Assembly: GCA_938048735.1 (NCBI GenBank)
Contig: CALIUM010000024.1
Coordinates: 1,478 to 65,477 of the forward strand
Length of the DNA stretch: 64,000 bases
Reading direction: 5' to 3'
Source: an uncultured archaeon
Lineage (GTDB): Archaea; Thermoproteota; Bathyarchaeia; TCS64
The notes beneath the pieces were generated by a model. The model worked only from the letters and a program-made list of their open reading frames with translations, was not told the DNA's origin and did no database searches. Numbering within the stretch: position 1 is the stretch's first letter; each line of letters opens with the position of its first letter. A program made the translations under genes and the position numbers. Positions 1-10,394 of the stretch are shown piece after piece.

Positions 1-429
1 TCAAATCTGGAGCTCGTTGTGAAGAAGCTGAGGGAGATTGGGGCGAGCGACTTCACCCCAATGGCCGCGGGCCTCCTCGAGGCTTGGAAGGTGTTGAAGA
101 GGGAGAAGCTGAGGAATCGAGATGCTATTCCCACCCTCATAGTCGTTTCCGACGGGATCGTGAATGTTCCCCTCGATCCACCTATCTCCCCCCTCACTAG
201 GAGGAGGTACACGAGCGAGGCTCAAGCCGACTGCTTCGACGTGGCCCGCCTCCTGGTGAAGGAGGGGTTCAAGGTTCACATCGTCAACACGAAGCACATT
301 GAAGGGGAGCAACCCCCCTCATTGGATGAGAGATGGAGGCTCCGATTAACCCCAACCCAGTTCCTGATCGAGCTGGCCAGGGCCACAAAGGGAGAATATC
401 ATAACATGACGCTAACACCAAGGCCTTGA
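1..429 (+). CDS. C-terminal fragment of a von Willebrand factor A (vWA) domain protein; the frame is open from nt 1, so the start lies upstream of the window
   Basis: Frame 1 is open from the window edge. The translated sequence has a vWA/ChlD-like pattern (IVVSDGIVNV, FKVHIVNT). The first in-frame start offered by the track is GTG at 19. Confidence 0.4.
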   Translation, partial: SNLELVVKKLREIGASDFTPMAAGLLEAWKVLKREKLRNRDAIPTLIVVSDGIVNVPLDPPISPLTRRRYTSEAQADCFDVARLLVKEGFKVHIVNTKHIEGEQPPSLDERWRLRLTPTQFLIELARATKGEYHNMTLTPRP

Positions 430-601
430 TCGGAAAACCCAATAACCGAGACTCCATGATGGTGATGAGGGCTAACAGGATTCATTATATTCCTTTATAT
501 TCATGAAGCCAAGGAAGACGTATTTCACTGGTCTACAGAGCCTTCAAAGATGGCGATCTGAAGGCAAGGTTTAAATCGGAGATTCGCATACGTTAATGGA
601 A

Positions 602-702
602 GGCGCCGGGGGAGCTGGGGAAACCTGGCTGAGAGGACGGCTGGGGGCGCCGTCGACCCCTAGAACCTGATCCGGATAATGCCGGCGGAGGGAGAGCGCG
701 CC
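602..702 (+). promoter_or_regulatory. TPP (thiamine pyrophosphate) riboswitch, THI element, in the 5' leader of thiDN-thiW
   Basis: P1 arms GGCGC (602-606) and GCGCC (698-702). Conserved CUGAGA (630-635) and the pyrophosphate-binding box AACCUGAUCCGGAUAAUGCCGGCGGAGGGA (664-693) match the TPP aptamer consensus ..CUGAGA..AACCUGAUCUGGAUAAUGCCAGCGUAGGGA. An SD-like GGAGAG precedes the ATG at 779. Confidence 0.85.
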
Positions 703-778
703 ACCTACAGGCTCCTAAGGCCTCCACAATGTCTACCTACCTAGTTCTCCCGGAAGCTCATGGAGAATAGAGGAGAGA

Positions 779-2161
779 ATGATAGGTTTGGAGAGGATCA
801 AGGGCTTGGAAAGGGTACCCGTGGCGATCACAATAGCCGGGAGCGACTCGGGAGGGGGAGCAGGTATCCAAGCCGACCTCAAGACCTTCGCAGCTTTAGG
901 AGTCCACGGAACCACTGCTATAACCTCAGTGACTGCTCAGAACACATACTCGGTCAAGGGCGTCCAAGACCTCGACCCGGAGATAGTGAGGCTGCAGATA
1001 AGGGCTGTAGCTGAGGATATGGGCATAGACGCGGGCAAGACGGGGATGCTCCACACGGAGGAGATAATCAAGGCGGTCTCTGATGAGGTCTCTGGGCTGG
1101 GCTTCCCTCTCGTCGTCGATCCGGTGATGGTGGCGAAGTCCGGGGCCCCCTTACTCAAGCCTGAGGCGGTTGAGGCTCTGAAGAGGCATCTCCTCCCAAG
1201 GGCCGCTGTGGTCACACCAAACAGGTTCGAGGCAGAGAGGTTGGCCGAGATGGAGATCAGGAATATTGAGGAGGCAAAGAAGGCTGCCTTAAAGATCTCC
1301 AGCCTCGGACCCGAATCCGTCGTTGTGAAAGGTGGCCACCTCGAGGAGGGGGAGGCCATAGACATCCTCTTCTACAATGGGGAGTTCAGACCCCTAAAAG
1401 CCCCGAGGCATAATGTTAAGACGACCCATGGGACAGGCTGCTGCTTCTCTGCGGCGATAGCTGCGGGCCTAGCGAAAGGGCTGAAGATACCCAATGCTGT
1501 AGAGGAGGCGAAGAGGCTGGTCACCCTAGCTATAAAGCACGGCCTCGATATAGGAAAAGGGCATGGGCCAGTCAATCCCATGGCCCATCTCTACCGGGAA
1601 GCCTCGAGGCATAGGGTCTTATCATGCGTGGATGAGGCTAGAGCCCTACTTGAAGCCTCCCAAGACGTCTCTAAGGTGGTGCCCGAGGTTGGGATGAACG
1701 TGGCCATGGCGATCCCCCATCCCGAGGGCCCTGAGGATGTGGCAGCCTTGCCTGGGAGGATAGTCAGGGTTCTAGATGGGGTTAGGGCGGTCATGCCCCC
1801 GAGGTTCGGTGCATCCTCCCACCTAGCAAGATACATCCTAGAGATCTCGAGATATGATCCCTCAAGGTTGGCAGCCCTCAACATGAGATTCTCAGAGGAG
1901 GTGTTAAGGAGATTAGGGGAGAGGGGTCTAACGGCATCCTCCTATGAGAGGGAGAGAGAGCCCAATGACATCAAGAGGAGGGAGGGGATGACCATACCTT
2001 GGGGTGTTAGGGAGGCGGTTAAGAGGCTGGGAAAAGCACCGGACATCATCTATCACAGGGGGGATGTTGGAAAGGAGCCTATGATAGTCCTCCTTGGTAG
2101 GGATGCCAGAGAGCTAGCCAGAATAGTGATAGAGGTGGCTGGGGAGGTGCCCTCAGGTTGA
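779..2161 (+). CDS. thiDN: Bifunctional ThiD (HMP/HMP-P kinase) plus ThiN (archaeal thiamine-phosphate synthase) fusion
   Basis: 460 aa. The N-terminal half has the ThiD ribokinase-like fold ([29 protein letters not shown]). The C-terminal ~170 aa is a ThiN-type domain. It lies downstream of the TPP riboswitch. Confidence 0.88.
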   Translation: MIGLERIKGLERVPVAITIAGSDSGGGAGIQADLKTFAALGVHGTTAITSVTAQNTYSVKGVQDLDPEIVRLQIRAVAEDMGIDAGKTGMLHTEEIIKAVSDEVSGLGFPLVVDPVMVAKSGAPLLKPEAVEALKRHLLPRAAVVTPNRFEAERLAEMEIRNIEEAKKAALKISSLGPESVVVKGGHLEEGEAIDILFYNGEFRPLKAPRHNVKTTHGTGCCFSAAIAAGLAKGLKIPNAVEEAKRLVTLAIKHGLDIGKGHGPVNPMAHLYREASRHRVLSCVDEARALLEASQDVSKVVPEVGMNVAMAIPHPEGPEDVAALPGRIVRVLDGVRAVMPPRFGASSHLARYILEISRYDPSRLAALNMRFSEEVLRRLGERGLTASSYEREREPNDIKRREGMTIPWGVREAVKRLGKAPDIIYHRGDVGKEPMIVLLGRDARELARIVIEVAGEVPSG

Positions 2162-2760
2162 ACTCCAGCTCTTTAAGGCTCAGGAAGATAGGGCTGGTCG
2201 CTGTATTCTCAGCCCTAGGAGTCGTCATAGCTCCATTCCTGTGGTTCCCCTATCTAGGGACAAAGGCCTATCCCGGGCAGCACATGATCAACTCCATACT
2301 TGGGGTACTCCTAGGCCCCCTATGGGCTGCTGCGGCCGCCGTTATAATAGGGCTAATAAGGAACGCCCTGGGAATCGGAACCATCTACGCCTTCCCGGGA
2401 GGCATACCCGGAGGCCTGGTCGTGGGAGCTGTACACTGGGCCCTCAGGAGGCTGAGGAGGGGGAGGCTCCCCCTCATCTCCGCCTTATTCGAGCCCATCG
2501 GGACCGTTTTAATAGGGGCCACCCTCTCACTCTTCTTAGTCGCGCCATGGATAGGAGATCCAAGGCTTCTCTCCCAGCTTGAGAAGGGGCCCTTAACCGC
2601 CCTCATCCTCCTCTGGTCTGGATGGGCCCTGAGTTCGGTATCGGGGAGCCTCATAGGATTCATGATCCTGCTGGCACTAGATAGGATAGGGATAAACAGG
2701 GAGGCCCTATTCAGGGAAACCCTTCCCTCCGAAAAACTAAAAGAAAAGGAACGGGCTTGA
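2158..2760 (+). CDS. thiW: ThiW family ECF-transporter S component (thiazole/HET precursor)
   Basis: 200 aa polytopic membrane protein, Gly-rich, overlapping the thiDN stop (ATGA). ThiW is the usual partner in riboswitch-controlled thi operons. It has no adjacent ecfAAT genes; that module lies at 58.4-60.9 kb. Confidence 0.7.
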   Translation: MNSSSLRLRKIGLVAVFSALGVVIAPFLWFPYLGTKAYPGQHMINSILGVLLGPLWAAAAAVIIGLIRNALGIGTIYAFPGGIPGGLVVGAVHWALRRLRRGRLPLISALFEPIGTVLIGATLSLFLVAPWIGDPRLLSQLEKGPLTALILLWSGWALSSVSGSLIGFMILLALDRIGINREALFRETLPSEKLKEKERA

Positions 2761-2843
2761 AACTAGATAAATCTGAGTAAAAACATTTAGGTAGAGAAAA
2801 ATAAATGGGGAACTCGGTCCTCTTATAAACGGGTATACTAGGG

Positions 2844-3176
2844 CTAAGCCGTCTCTACGGTTATGTCCAGGACATCGCCCTTCTTTATGTTCTCTACAGC
2901 CTTGACCTTCTTCGAGAAGTCACCTATTTTGACGAGAAGCCAGAGGTTTGTCTTCTCACCCTTCTTCTTAGTGGTATCAGCCGTGGCCTCAAGGCTTCCG
3001 AGCTTTGACACCGAGACCTTGAGCTTCGTCTTGTCCCTCTCTACATCGGATTCCAAGGTGAACTCCTTTCTCCTCTCCGTGTATGTGAAGAGGTCGCTGA
3101 GGCTCGCCTCAGCTCCAGCGCTGACATCCTTGTCCGATGTCAAGCTCACCTTTCCGACCACGGGCATCCTGACCAC
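2844..3176 (-). CDS. Hypothetical small K/E/S/T-rich protein in a 0.9 kb AT-rich island
   Basis: 110 aa ORF. TTTATAAA on the coding strand sits about -25 from the ATG, consistent with a leaderless promoter. No family recognised. Confidence 0.35.
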   Translation of the reverse strand: MVRMPVVGKVSLTSDKDVSAGAEASLSDLFTYTERRKEFTLESDVERDKTKLKVSVSKLGSLEATADTTKKKGEKTNLWLLVKIGDFSKKVKAVENIKKGDVLDITVETA

Positions 3177-3676
3177 CAGAGGGTGGCAATAAATCCCAAT
3201 TTATAAACCTTTCGTGAGAAAGCCCATTTTTCTAGGTTAAAAGGCTGACCAGAACCCTATAAAATGGTTTAGAAGGCTAGCAGGGCTATTTCGCCTACTA
3301 TAAAGAGATCTATTCACTTTCATTAGGATTTTTAATTCTATTCATAAGATGTTCGATACTATTGCGAATAAATAGGCCAGCCTAGCCTCCCCACCCATCT
3401 TTAGCTAACCGACCACCTAAAAGAGAACGGTGTCAAAATCAGTACGGCGCTTCACTCAAGAGGGGGAGCATAACTATGCTAGAAAGTTCTGAGCGGAATC
3501 CCAGATCTCAACTAAGGCTTGAATGGCACCCTCTAAAGTCACGGTACCAAGTAAAAGGGAAACTAGGGCTTCAATTCCGGCGGCTAGGCCTTAAAACGTT
3601 CATCTGATCTATTAAGGGATTATTAAGTAGGTATTCGGCAAGTCTCTGAGTAGGACCGATACCATTTATAGCTTCT

Positions 3677-3754
3677 TGGTGCGGCCGCCGGGATTCGAAC
3701 CCGGGACCTTCTGCGTGGCAGGCAGACATCTTAACCAGGCTAGACCACGGCCGC
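3677..3754 (-). tRNA. tRNA-Gly (anticodon GCC) with encoded CCA
   Basis: Reverse complement is GCGGCCGTGGTCTAGCCTGGTTAAGATGTCTGCCTGCCACGCAGAAGGTCCCGGGTTCGAATCCCGGCGGCCGCACCA. It has a 7-bp acceptor stem, GTTCGAATC T-loop, and anticodon stem TCTGC/GCAGA with loop CTGCCAC, giving anticodon GCC. Confidence 0.9.
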
Positions 3755-3880
3755 CCAGCTTTAAATGCCTCTAAGGATGATATTAATTTTGTCCCCTATG
3801 AGATCGGAACTAAATCTCTTTTGATCGGTTGGAGGCTTACCTTATATCACTCCTCTATTCAAGATATTCTTGAGATTGAG

Positions 3881-4081
3881 ATGTGTGAGTTTAAGGTCTT
3901 TCTGGAGGGGGAGAAGGTCATGGAGGATGTGATATTCGCCAGATCTGAGGGGAATAATGTTGTGCTGAGGGACATCGTGGGGGAGACTGCCATGTTTGAA
4001 GATGTGAAGATCTTGGAGGTTGACGTCACCGCTGCAAGGCTTATCCTTAAACGTCTCCAGCAGGGATGCCCAGCTCACTGA
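3881..4081 (+). CDS. CooT-family small nickel-binding protein (real start at internal Met, MCEFKV...)
   Basis: 66-aa core MCEFKVFLEGEKVMEDVIFARSEGNNVVLRDIVGETAMFEDVKILEVDV matches the CooT pattern (MCxAKV ... two beta-hairpins). The track ORF 3821-4081 extends upstream of this Met. Confidence 0.5.
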   Translation: MCEFKVFLEGEKVMEDVIFARSEGNNVVLRDIVGETAMFEDVKILEVDVTAARLILKRLQQGCPAH

Positions 4082-5567
4082 AGCCTATCTCGCCCTTCAG
4101 GTACCTGCATATTAAAGGGGGGAGGGCATCGATCCTCTGCCTGACCTGCCTCCAGCTGTCCCTATCCCGGAGGGTCACGGTCCCATCCTCCAAGGTCTGG
4201 TAGTCCACGGTCAGGGCTAGGGGGGTTCCAGCCTCATCTGAGCGGGCATATCTCCTCCCAATGGAGCCCCTTTCGTCGTACTCGACAACAAGACCAGCGT
4301 CCATTAAGATTCTTTGAACCTCTCTGGCCTTCTCCGGAAGCCCATCCTTAGCTACGAGGGGGAGAACTGAGATGTTTATAGGGGCGATTGAGCGAGGGAA
4401 GGCCAGAATATTCCTTCCCTCCATGGTCCTGAAGGATGTCTCTAAAGCCACATGGACCAGTCGATCTAGGCCGAAGCTGGGCTCAACGACGTGGGGGATA
4501 AACCTCGATCCATCGCTCCTAAGCAAAGTCATATCGACGCCTGAATGCCTCTGGTGGGCGGATAGGTCATAGTCCGTCCTATAGGCGTGTCCGGCCACCT
4601 CAATCCAGCCCCAGTTTTCAAGGTGGATCTCATGGTCGAAGGTCTGGACAGAGTAATGGGCCCTCTCCTCTGGGAGGTGCCCCCTGAAACGTTGCCTCTC
4701 CTCCGGGATTCCCAGCATCGTGATGAACTCTTTTGAGACACCCATGAAGTAAGCCTGCCACTCTGCCTTGATCAGGCCCTTTGAGCTGGCTTCACCTAAG
4801 GTGATCCTAACCGGTTTTCTCTCCCCCCTCTCCTGCATCTCCTCCGTCAGTATCGCTACCTCTTCCTCCTTAACCCTATCGAACCATGGGCATGAGGGGT
4901 TTTGAGGATCAAAGAACAGCTCCACCTCCATTATAGTGAACTCCCTAAGTCTGAATAGCCCTCGACGGGGGGCTATCTCATTCCTGAGAACCTTTCCCAC
5001 CTGGGCTAGGCCTAGGGGGAGGGCTCCCCGCGCCTGCCGTATGCATCGGCGGAAGTTTAGGAACATCCCCTGGGCCGCCTCAGGCCTCGCATATCCCACC
5101 TCTTCCCCTTTGGCTCCTATTTTCGTCTGGAACATTGTTAGGAAGGTCACTGGTGCTTTCAGCTCAGCGTCGCAGTTGGGGCATCTAACCTTCCCCTCCC
5201 CTACAAGCCTCTCGACCTCCCTTCCGTCGATGCTCTGGGCTGGGATCCCAAGCTGCTCCTCGATGAGGTGGTCTGCTCTGACGATCCTTCCACATCTAGC
5301 GCATTCTAAAACATACTCTCTGAAGTGTGTTAGATGGCCCGAGGCCTCAAATACCCTTGAGGGGTTTATTATGGGATCTTCGATCTCATAGAATCCGTGG
5401 CGTCTGACGAAGATCTCTCTCCAGAGCTCCTCTATATTTCTCTTGAGCCTCGTTCCGAGGTTTCCATAGGTGTAGAATCCCCCTATGCCGCCATATATCT
5501 CGAAAGAGGGCCAGAAGAAGCCCCTCCTAGAGGCTATCTCAAGGACCTTCTCGTACGCTTCTCCCAT
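4047..5567 (-). CDS. glyS: Glycyl-tRNA synthetase, archaeal/eukaryotic-type class II
   Basis: 506 aa with class II motifs (FRLREFTIMEVELFFDP, GLDRLVHVALE). TATA CTTTATATC lies about -32 from the ATG. It is next to tRNA-Gly. Confidence 0.93.
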   Translation of the reverse strand: MGEAYEKVLEIASRRGFFWPSFEIYGGIGGFYTYGNLGTRLKRNIEELWREIFVRRHGFYEIEDPIINPSRVFEASGHLTHFREYVLECARCGRIVRADHLIEEQLGIPAQSIDGREVERLVGEGKVRCPNCDAELKAPVTFLTMFQTKIGAKGEEVGYARPEAAQGMFLNFRRCIRQARGALPLGLAQVGKVLRNEIAPRRGLFRLREFTIMEVELFFDPQNPSCPWFDRVKEEEVAILTEEMQERGERKPVRITLGEASSKGLIKAEWQAYFMGVSKEFITMLGIPEERQRFRGHLPEERAHYSVQTFDHEIHLENWGWIEVAGHAYRTDYDLSAHQRHSGVDMTLLRSDGSRFIPHVVEPSFGLDRLVHVALETSFRTMEGRNILAFPRSIAPINISVLPLVAKDGLPEKAREVQRILMDAGLVVEYDERGSIGRRYARSDEAGTPLALTVDYQTLEDGTVTLRDRDSWRQVRQRIDALPPLICRYLKGEIGFSELGIPAGDV

Positions 5568-5708
5568 ACCCCACAGCCTAAATGCTTATCGAGGTTGGAG
5601 ATATAAAGCTGTCAATCCGATGAGCATTGACCGAAAAGATATAGGAAAGTGCGGGGAGGCTATGAATCGATTTTAAATTGGTATCTGTGGGCTGTGATCC
5701 TTTGAATG

Positions 5709-6122
5709 TCAACTCGAATCCTGCTTCGATTCTACCGGGGGCCGGAACTTGTAGCCATACTCTATTATGCCGGATGTTCCATCCTCCCTAATCTTACGGA
5801 ATGTGGCTTCAACCATCATCCCAGCTTTAACCTCTTCAGGCTCTACATCCACGATCTGAGAGAGTATTCTGATCCCATCCTCGAGTTCCACCAGGGCGAC
5901 CACATACGGTGCGAACCTCTCGTAGTCTTTGGGAGGGTTTCTAATCACTGTCCAAGATACTATTCTGCCCCTGTCGCTGAGCTGATGCTCCTCAAGCTCT
6001 TTTGACCCGCATCTTGTGCAGATAGCTCTCCTTGGGTAGTAGAGAGCCCCGCATCTCATACACCTCTTCCCTATGAGCCTGTATCTATACTTGCTCTCCC
6101 TCCAGTACCTCGGCACACTCAA
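5709..6122 (-). CDS. DUF35 OB-fold/zinc-ribbon protein, scaffold of the archaeal thiolase/HMG-CoA synthase complex
   Basis: 137 aa with a CxxC...CxxC zinc ribbon (CMRCG...CTRCG) and OB fold. Last gene of the HMGCS-thiolase-DUF35 operon. Confidence 0.85.
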   Translation of the reverse strand: MSVPRYWRESKYRYRLIGKRCMRCGALYYPRRAICTRCGSKELEEHQLSDRGRIVSWTVIRNPPKDYERFAPYVVALVELEDGIRILSQIVDVEPEEVKAGMMVEATFRKIREDGTSGIIEYGYKFRPPVESKQDSS

Positions 6123-6123
6123 A

Positions 6124-7266
6124 CTAATGCCTCCTCAGGATGGTTATCGCGCAGATCGATCCTAACCCCCCGAGGCTTTGCGCCAGGCCGAACTCAGGTT
6201 TGTCCACTTGGCACCTTCCAGCCTCTCCCTCAAGCTGCATGGCGATCTCCACGATCTGGTAGAGGCCTGTGGCCCCTACCGGGTTACCCCTAGCCTTGAG
6301 CCCCCCGAAGGTATTTACAGAGGGTTTCCCGCTCACGGCCGGCTCCTGACCTGTGAATAGGGTGGCCCCCTTACCCTTCTCGGCGAATCCCATATCCTCT
6401 AGAGATATTATCCCTGTGATCGTGGTCTCATCATGGATCTCCACCACATCCACATCTCTCCTTGAGATGCCCGCCATCCTGAAGGCCTTCTCGGAAGCTC
6501 TCTTGACGGCTTCAAAGGTTACGATGTCGGGCCTTCCGGTTATGTGGATGAGATCCGTGGAGAGGGAGTGGGCCGCTACCTCAACCTCCCCACTAACCCC
6601 CTTGGAGGGTTGGATTATGACGGCTGCCGCTCCGTCCCCCGTACCTGAGCACTCGAGGATGTGGAGGGGGTCAGCCTCCATGGGCGAGGATAATATCCTC
6701 TCAAGGCTCAGCTTGAATGGGTACATGGCGTGGGGGCACCCCTCAGCGTGTTCATGGCACCTGACGGCGAGCATCGCTATATCCTCCTGCCTCACTCCGA
6801 ACCTCTCCATATAGTGGCGGTAGATCAATGCGTTAAGGCCGAAGTTGGTTATGCCCGTGTATGCGGTGTATTCTTGATCCTCAGGCATCGATAGGAAGCG
6901 GGCTATCTCCTCAGGAGAGGCGTCGCTCACCTTCTCCACCCCACCCACCAGGACGATGTCGTATAGTCCTGACGCCACCGCCTTAACCCCCTCATGGAAG
7001 GCCACCGCGCCGCTTGCTGCCCCAGCCTCCACGGTGAAGGCTGGAACCCCAGCCTTCCCCAAGGCGTCGGCCATCATCGCCCCTAAGTTGAGCTGCCCTT
7101 GGATATATGAGGATCCAGAGTTAGCAACATATACCGCCTCAGGCTCTTCCACATCCGCATCTTCGATGGCTTTCACCGCGGCCTCCACGAAGAGGTCGGC
7201 TAAGGATCTCTCCCAGTGCTCCGAGACCTGGGTTAAGCCCACACCAGCTATGGAGACACTCCTCAC
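6124..7266 (-). CDS. Acetyl-CoA C-acetyltransferase (archaeal thiolase)
   Basis: 380 aa thiolase fold, overlapping the upstream HMGCS stop. Canonical mevalonate-pathway operon. Confidence 0.9.
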   Translation of the reverse strand: MRSVSIAGVGLTQVSEHWERSLADLFVEAAVKAIEDADVEEPEAVYVANSGSSYIQGQLNLGAMMADALGKAGVPAFTVEAGAASGAVAFHEGVKAVASGLYDIVLVGGVEKVSDASPEEIARFLSMPEDQEYTAYTGITNFGLNALIYRHYMERFGVRQEDIAMLAVRCHEHAEGCPHAMYPFKLSLERILSSPMEADPLHILECSGTGDGAAAVIIQPSKGVSGEVEVAAHSLSTDLIHITGRPDIVTFEAVKRASEKAFRMAGISRRDVDVVEIHDETTITGIISLEDMGFAEKGKGATLFTGQEPAVSGKPSVNTFGGLKARGNPVGATGLYQIVEIAMQLEGEAGRCQVDKPEFGLAQSLGGLGSICAITILRRH

Positions 7267-8297
7267 CTGAGGATCTTCCCCCTGTGCTTTATGTAGGTCG
7301 CGTAGTCAATGTACCGCTTCCGGCTTATGAATAGGGAGACTGGTGGGTCTCGGTTAGGGACCTCAGCCCTGTCCTCCACCACGAAGCTGAAAGCGTCGCT
7401 TCCCGCTCCAGAACCATAAGAGACGACAAGGATCCTATCCCCACACCTAGCCTGGTCGAGGGTAGCAGCCAGGCCTATGGGGGTTGAACCAGCATATGTA
7501 TTCCCCACATGTTGGACGACTAGGCCGGGCTTTATGGCATCCATCCCGAAGCCCAGCATCCTAGCAACCCTTATTGGGAATTTTACATTCGGCTGGTGAA
7601 AGACGGCGTACTTGAAGTCGTTAGGCCCGTAGCCAAGCTCGGCCATCAACCCCCTTGCAGCCTCTATAATGTGCTTGAAATATGCTGGCTCCCCCGTAAA
7701 TCTACCACCATGTCTGGGATAAATCTCGTGGGCTCTCCTCCAGAAGTCAGGGGTATCGGTTACATAGGAGTAGGATCCCTCGAGGTAGGCTAAGGTCTTC
7801 TCAGATCGTGGTCCGAATATGAAGGCCGCGCCTCCACATGCAACGGTGTACTCTAATGGGTCTGCAGGTCGGCCTTGAGCTGTGTCCGCCCCTATGGCCA
7901 TGGCATACTTCACCATCCCGCTTGAGACGAGGGCCACACATGTCTGGAAGGCCTCTGTACCGGCCTTACAGGCGAACTCGTAGTCGGCTGCGGCCACTTG
8001 GGGCGATGCCCCTATCGCCTCGGCCACGATAGTTCCGCAGGGCTTCACCGCGTAGGGCTTAGACTCGGTCCCCACATATATGGCTCCCAGCTCCTTCGGT
8101 TGTATGTTCGCCCTCCTCAGTGCGTACCTTGCACATTCCACAGCTATGGTTACGGCATCCTCATCCATAGCTGAGACGGCCTTTTCCTCTATCGGTGGCT
8201 CCCCACCCCAGACGCGGCATATCTCGGACGTTCTGAGCCTCCCCATCGGGATGTAAGCTCCATATCCAACAATGCCCACAGGTCTAGATGGCCTCAT
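7263..8297 (-). CDS. Hydroxymethylglutaryl-CoA synthase
   Basis: 344 aa archaeal HMGCS ([10 protein letters not shown] ... catalytic Cys region). First gene of the operon. Confidence 0.9.
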   Translation of the reverse strand: MRPSRPVGIVGYGAYIPMGRLRTSEICRVWGGEPPIEEKAVSAMDEDAVTIAVECARYALRRANIQPKELGAIYVGTESKPYAVKPCGTIVAEAIGASPQVAAADYEFACKAGTEAFQTCVALVSSGMVKYAMAIGADTAQGRPADPLEYTVACGGAAFIFGPRSEKTLAYLEGSYSYVTDTPDFWRRAHEIYPRHGGRFTGEPAYFKHIIEAARGLMAELGYGPNDFKYAVFHQPNVKFPIRVARMLGFGMDAIKPGLVVQHVGNTYAGSTPIGLAATLDQARCGDRILVVSYGSGAGSDAFSFVVEDRAEVPNRDPPVSLFISRKRYIDYATYIKHRGKILR

Positions 8298-8421
8298 ATA
8301 ATACCCCCATTAGCCAGGATTGTTGCAAACATATCTCTCAAACCCTATTTAAGATATTCGACAAAAGTTAAACTTCAATTCGACAATTGTTGATTTTATT
8401 ACCAAGGAATGCTGGGCTCCC

Positions 8422-9315
8422 TTATGGGAGATATAGTTTTCCTATGGATTTCAGGCATTTTATCGATGCCTTTAGGGTGTAAGGCCTCTCGAACGGCTTT
8501 ATACCCTTCCAATCGTCTCCTAAAACCTCTATCCTCTCCAGGCTCATCTCTCCAACCCCTATCCTATGAGCCCTCACGATATGATTCACCTCGTCGGGGT
8601 TAAAGCCCATCAAACTCGTTATGACGGAGTCAACTTCGACTGGATTCCTCCCAAATACTATTAGGCCGAGGGGTCTTGGGGTTCCTATGACCGGGCCGTT
8701 CCCCTCCATCGCCATCATCCCATCTACCACTATGAGTTTGTGAGGGATCAGTTTAGCTAGGTATGGGAGGATCTCGTCCAAGAGGCCGTGGAGCCTGCTC
8801 TTCTTGGGTGTTGGAAGTACTCCGAAGAGGTTTTTTATGGATAATGTGACTAGGGTTGGGCCGCAGGTCTTTATCTTGGGCATGTTGATGAAGTAGTCGG
8901 CCTCTAAAACTTTCTTGGGTATCTGGATTTCGGTTCCGGCAACCTTGTGAACCTCGAAGTCGTCCTCCCTGGTGAGGTTTACGAATTCCACGTCTAGCTT
9001 CTCCAGCCTCTCCATCAGCCCACAGTCTCTGAGCCTCTTCTCGGCCGGGCCATCTATGTTGTCTGACTCAACGACGGTCACCTCTTTTGCCAGAGGCTTG
9101 AGCCTAGCTATCATCTCCTCTATCAGCCCCGTATCCGTCAGGACCATGCCATATGGATTTTTGGAGTTGCATATGTTGGGCTTTATGACGACCTCTCCAC
9201 CCCTCAGGTCTAGGCCGCCTATGAGCTCTAAGCCCCTATCCAGGGTTTCTCGTAGGTTTCCTCCAAACTTGACCACTGCCACTCTACCCACACCTGACCC
9301 CTCCATTCTATTCAT
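8422..9315 (-). CDS. DUF362 domain protein
   Basis: 297 aa. Pattern similar to DUF362 proteins (KPNICNSKNPY...VVDGMMAMEGNGP). Confidence 0.55.
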   Translation of the reverse strand: MNRMEGSGVGRVAVVKFGGNLRETLDRGLELIGGLDLRGGEVVIKPNICNSKNPYGMVLTDTGLIEEMIARLKPLAKEVTVVESDNIDGPAEKRLRDCGLMERLEKLDVEFVNLTREDDFEVHKVAGTEIQIPKKVLEADYFINMPKIKTCGPTLVTLSIKNLFGVLPTPKKSRLHGLLDEILPYLAKLIPHKLIVVDGMMAMEGNGPVIGTPRPLGLIVFGRNPVEVDSVITSLMGFNPDEVNHIVRAHRIGVGEMSLERIEVLGDDWKGIKPFERPYTLKASIKCLKSIGKLYLP

Positions 9316-9325
9316 GGTGCTGGCA

Positions 9326-10324
9326 CTATAATTTAATCTCTTTGGAAATGTCTTCGATCTTCTTCATGATCTTTATCATCTCTATCTCATCATCAAGATC
9401 TATTCTCGGCTCCTCTTCCCCCATAATCACTTTGTATAGATGGAGGTATTGACCCATAAAGGATGGATGCCTCATCCTGAGAAGATCGAGATATTGGCTT
9501 AATCCCTTTCTCATGCAGATCTTCTTCTTGTTCTTTTCGGATTCCAATATGAGGTTATATGGAGCTCTAAACAATTCTACCTTTATAACTCCTTCAGAGC
9601 CTATGATCCCCACTCTGAACTGGGGTATCGGCCTCGTCCAGCTCATATAGCACTCGACCTCCACCCCCATTTCTGTTCTGAAAAGAAGCCTCATGTTGTC
9701 AACGACACTATAACTTTCTCTCCATCCATCCACCTCCTTGATCTCCTTTACCATTCCGGCGACCTCATGGGTTAGGGGGAGGAGGTGGGGGAGGAGATCC
9801 TCGATTATCCCATACTCCTCCTCGAATCTGAACCTAGTTTTAGGACGATATAATCTCAGATTGTTCTCAAGCCTTAGATGGACCCTCTCAACCTCGCCTA
9901 TTTTTCCATCATGAGACAGGTCTCTAGCCATCTCCCAGCAAGGGGTGAAGGAGTAGTTATGAACTGGGAGGACAACCAGGCTGGTCTCATCCCTAACCAG
10001 TTTTATATTTAAGGCTCCTTCTAGACTCGTCGCCAGGGGCTTCTCGCATAGAACATGTTTTCCGGCTCTTAGAGCATGGATGGTCATCTCCTCATGGTAC
10101 CTTGGAGGGGTGTTGATCACCACAACATCGACCTCAGGGTCTGAGAGGAGATCCATGTAGTCTTCATATCCCCTCCAAGCCCTACAGCTCCTCAAGGCGC
10201 CTTCAAGCCTCTCCCTCTCTTTATCAACTAGGGCCGCTATGGCAAACTCTTTGATCCTCTCTATCGCCTTGAGGTGGAACAGCCTCGTGGCCGTTCCGCA
10301 GCCCACGATCCCTAGCCGGAGCAT
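9326..10324 (-). CDS. Gfo/Idh/MocA family NAD(P)-dependent oxidoreductase
   Basis: N-terminal Rossmann GIVGCGTATRLFHL and EKPLA motif. Confidence 0.75.
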   Translation of the reverse strand: MLRLGIVGCGTATRLFHLKAIERIKEFAIAALVDKERERLEGALRSCRAWRGYEDYMDLLSDPEVDVVVINTPPRYHEEMTIHALRAGKHVLCEKPLATSLEGALNIKLVRDETSLVVLPVHNYSFTPCWEMARDLSHDGKIGEVERVHLRLENNLRLYRPKTRFRFEEEYGIIEDLLPHLLPLTHEVAGMVKEIKEVDGWRESYSVVDNMRLLFRTEMGVEVECYMSWTRPIPQFRVGIIGSEGVIKVELFRAPYNLILESEKNKKKICMRKGLSQYLDLLRMRHPSFMGQYLHLYKVIMGEEEPRIDLDDEIEMIKIMKKIEDISKEIKL

Positions 10325-10394
10325 ACTGAGATAAACTTGTTAAAATTATAGTGCTTTTATTATTTTCTAACCTTCAAGGAGATGTCCTTTTTTA

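Noticed and set aside
2761-3676. AT-rich island next to the tRNA-Gly 3' end as a possible integrated element
   Set aside because: No integrase or other mobile-element gene, and no second copy of the tRNA 3' segment (GGGATTCGAACCCGG) that would mark an att duplication. Probably just a long promoter or UTR region with one small hypothetical gene.
3842-4078. 78-aa minus-strand ORF overlapping the CooT-like gene
   Set aside because: The opposite-strand frame of a gene with a recognisable family pattern. No features of its own.
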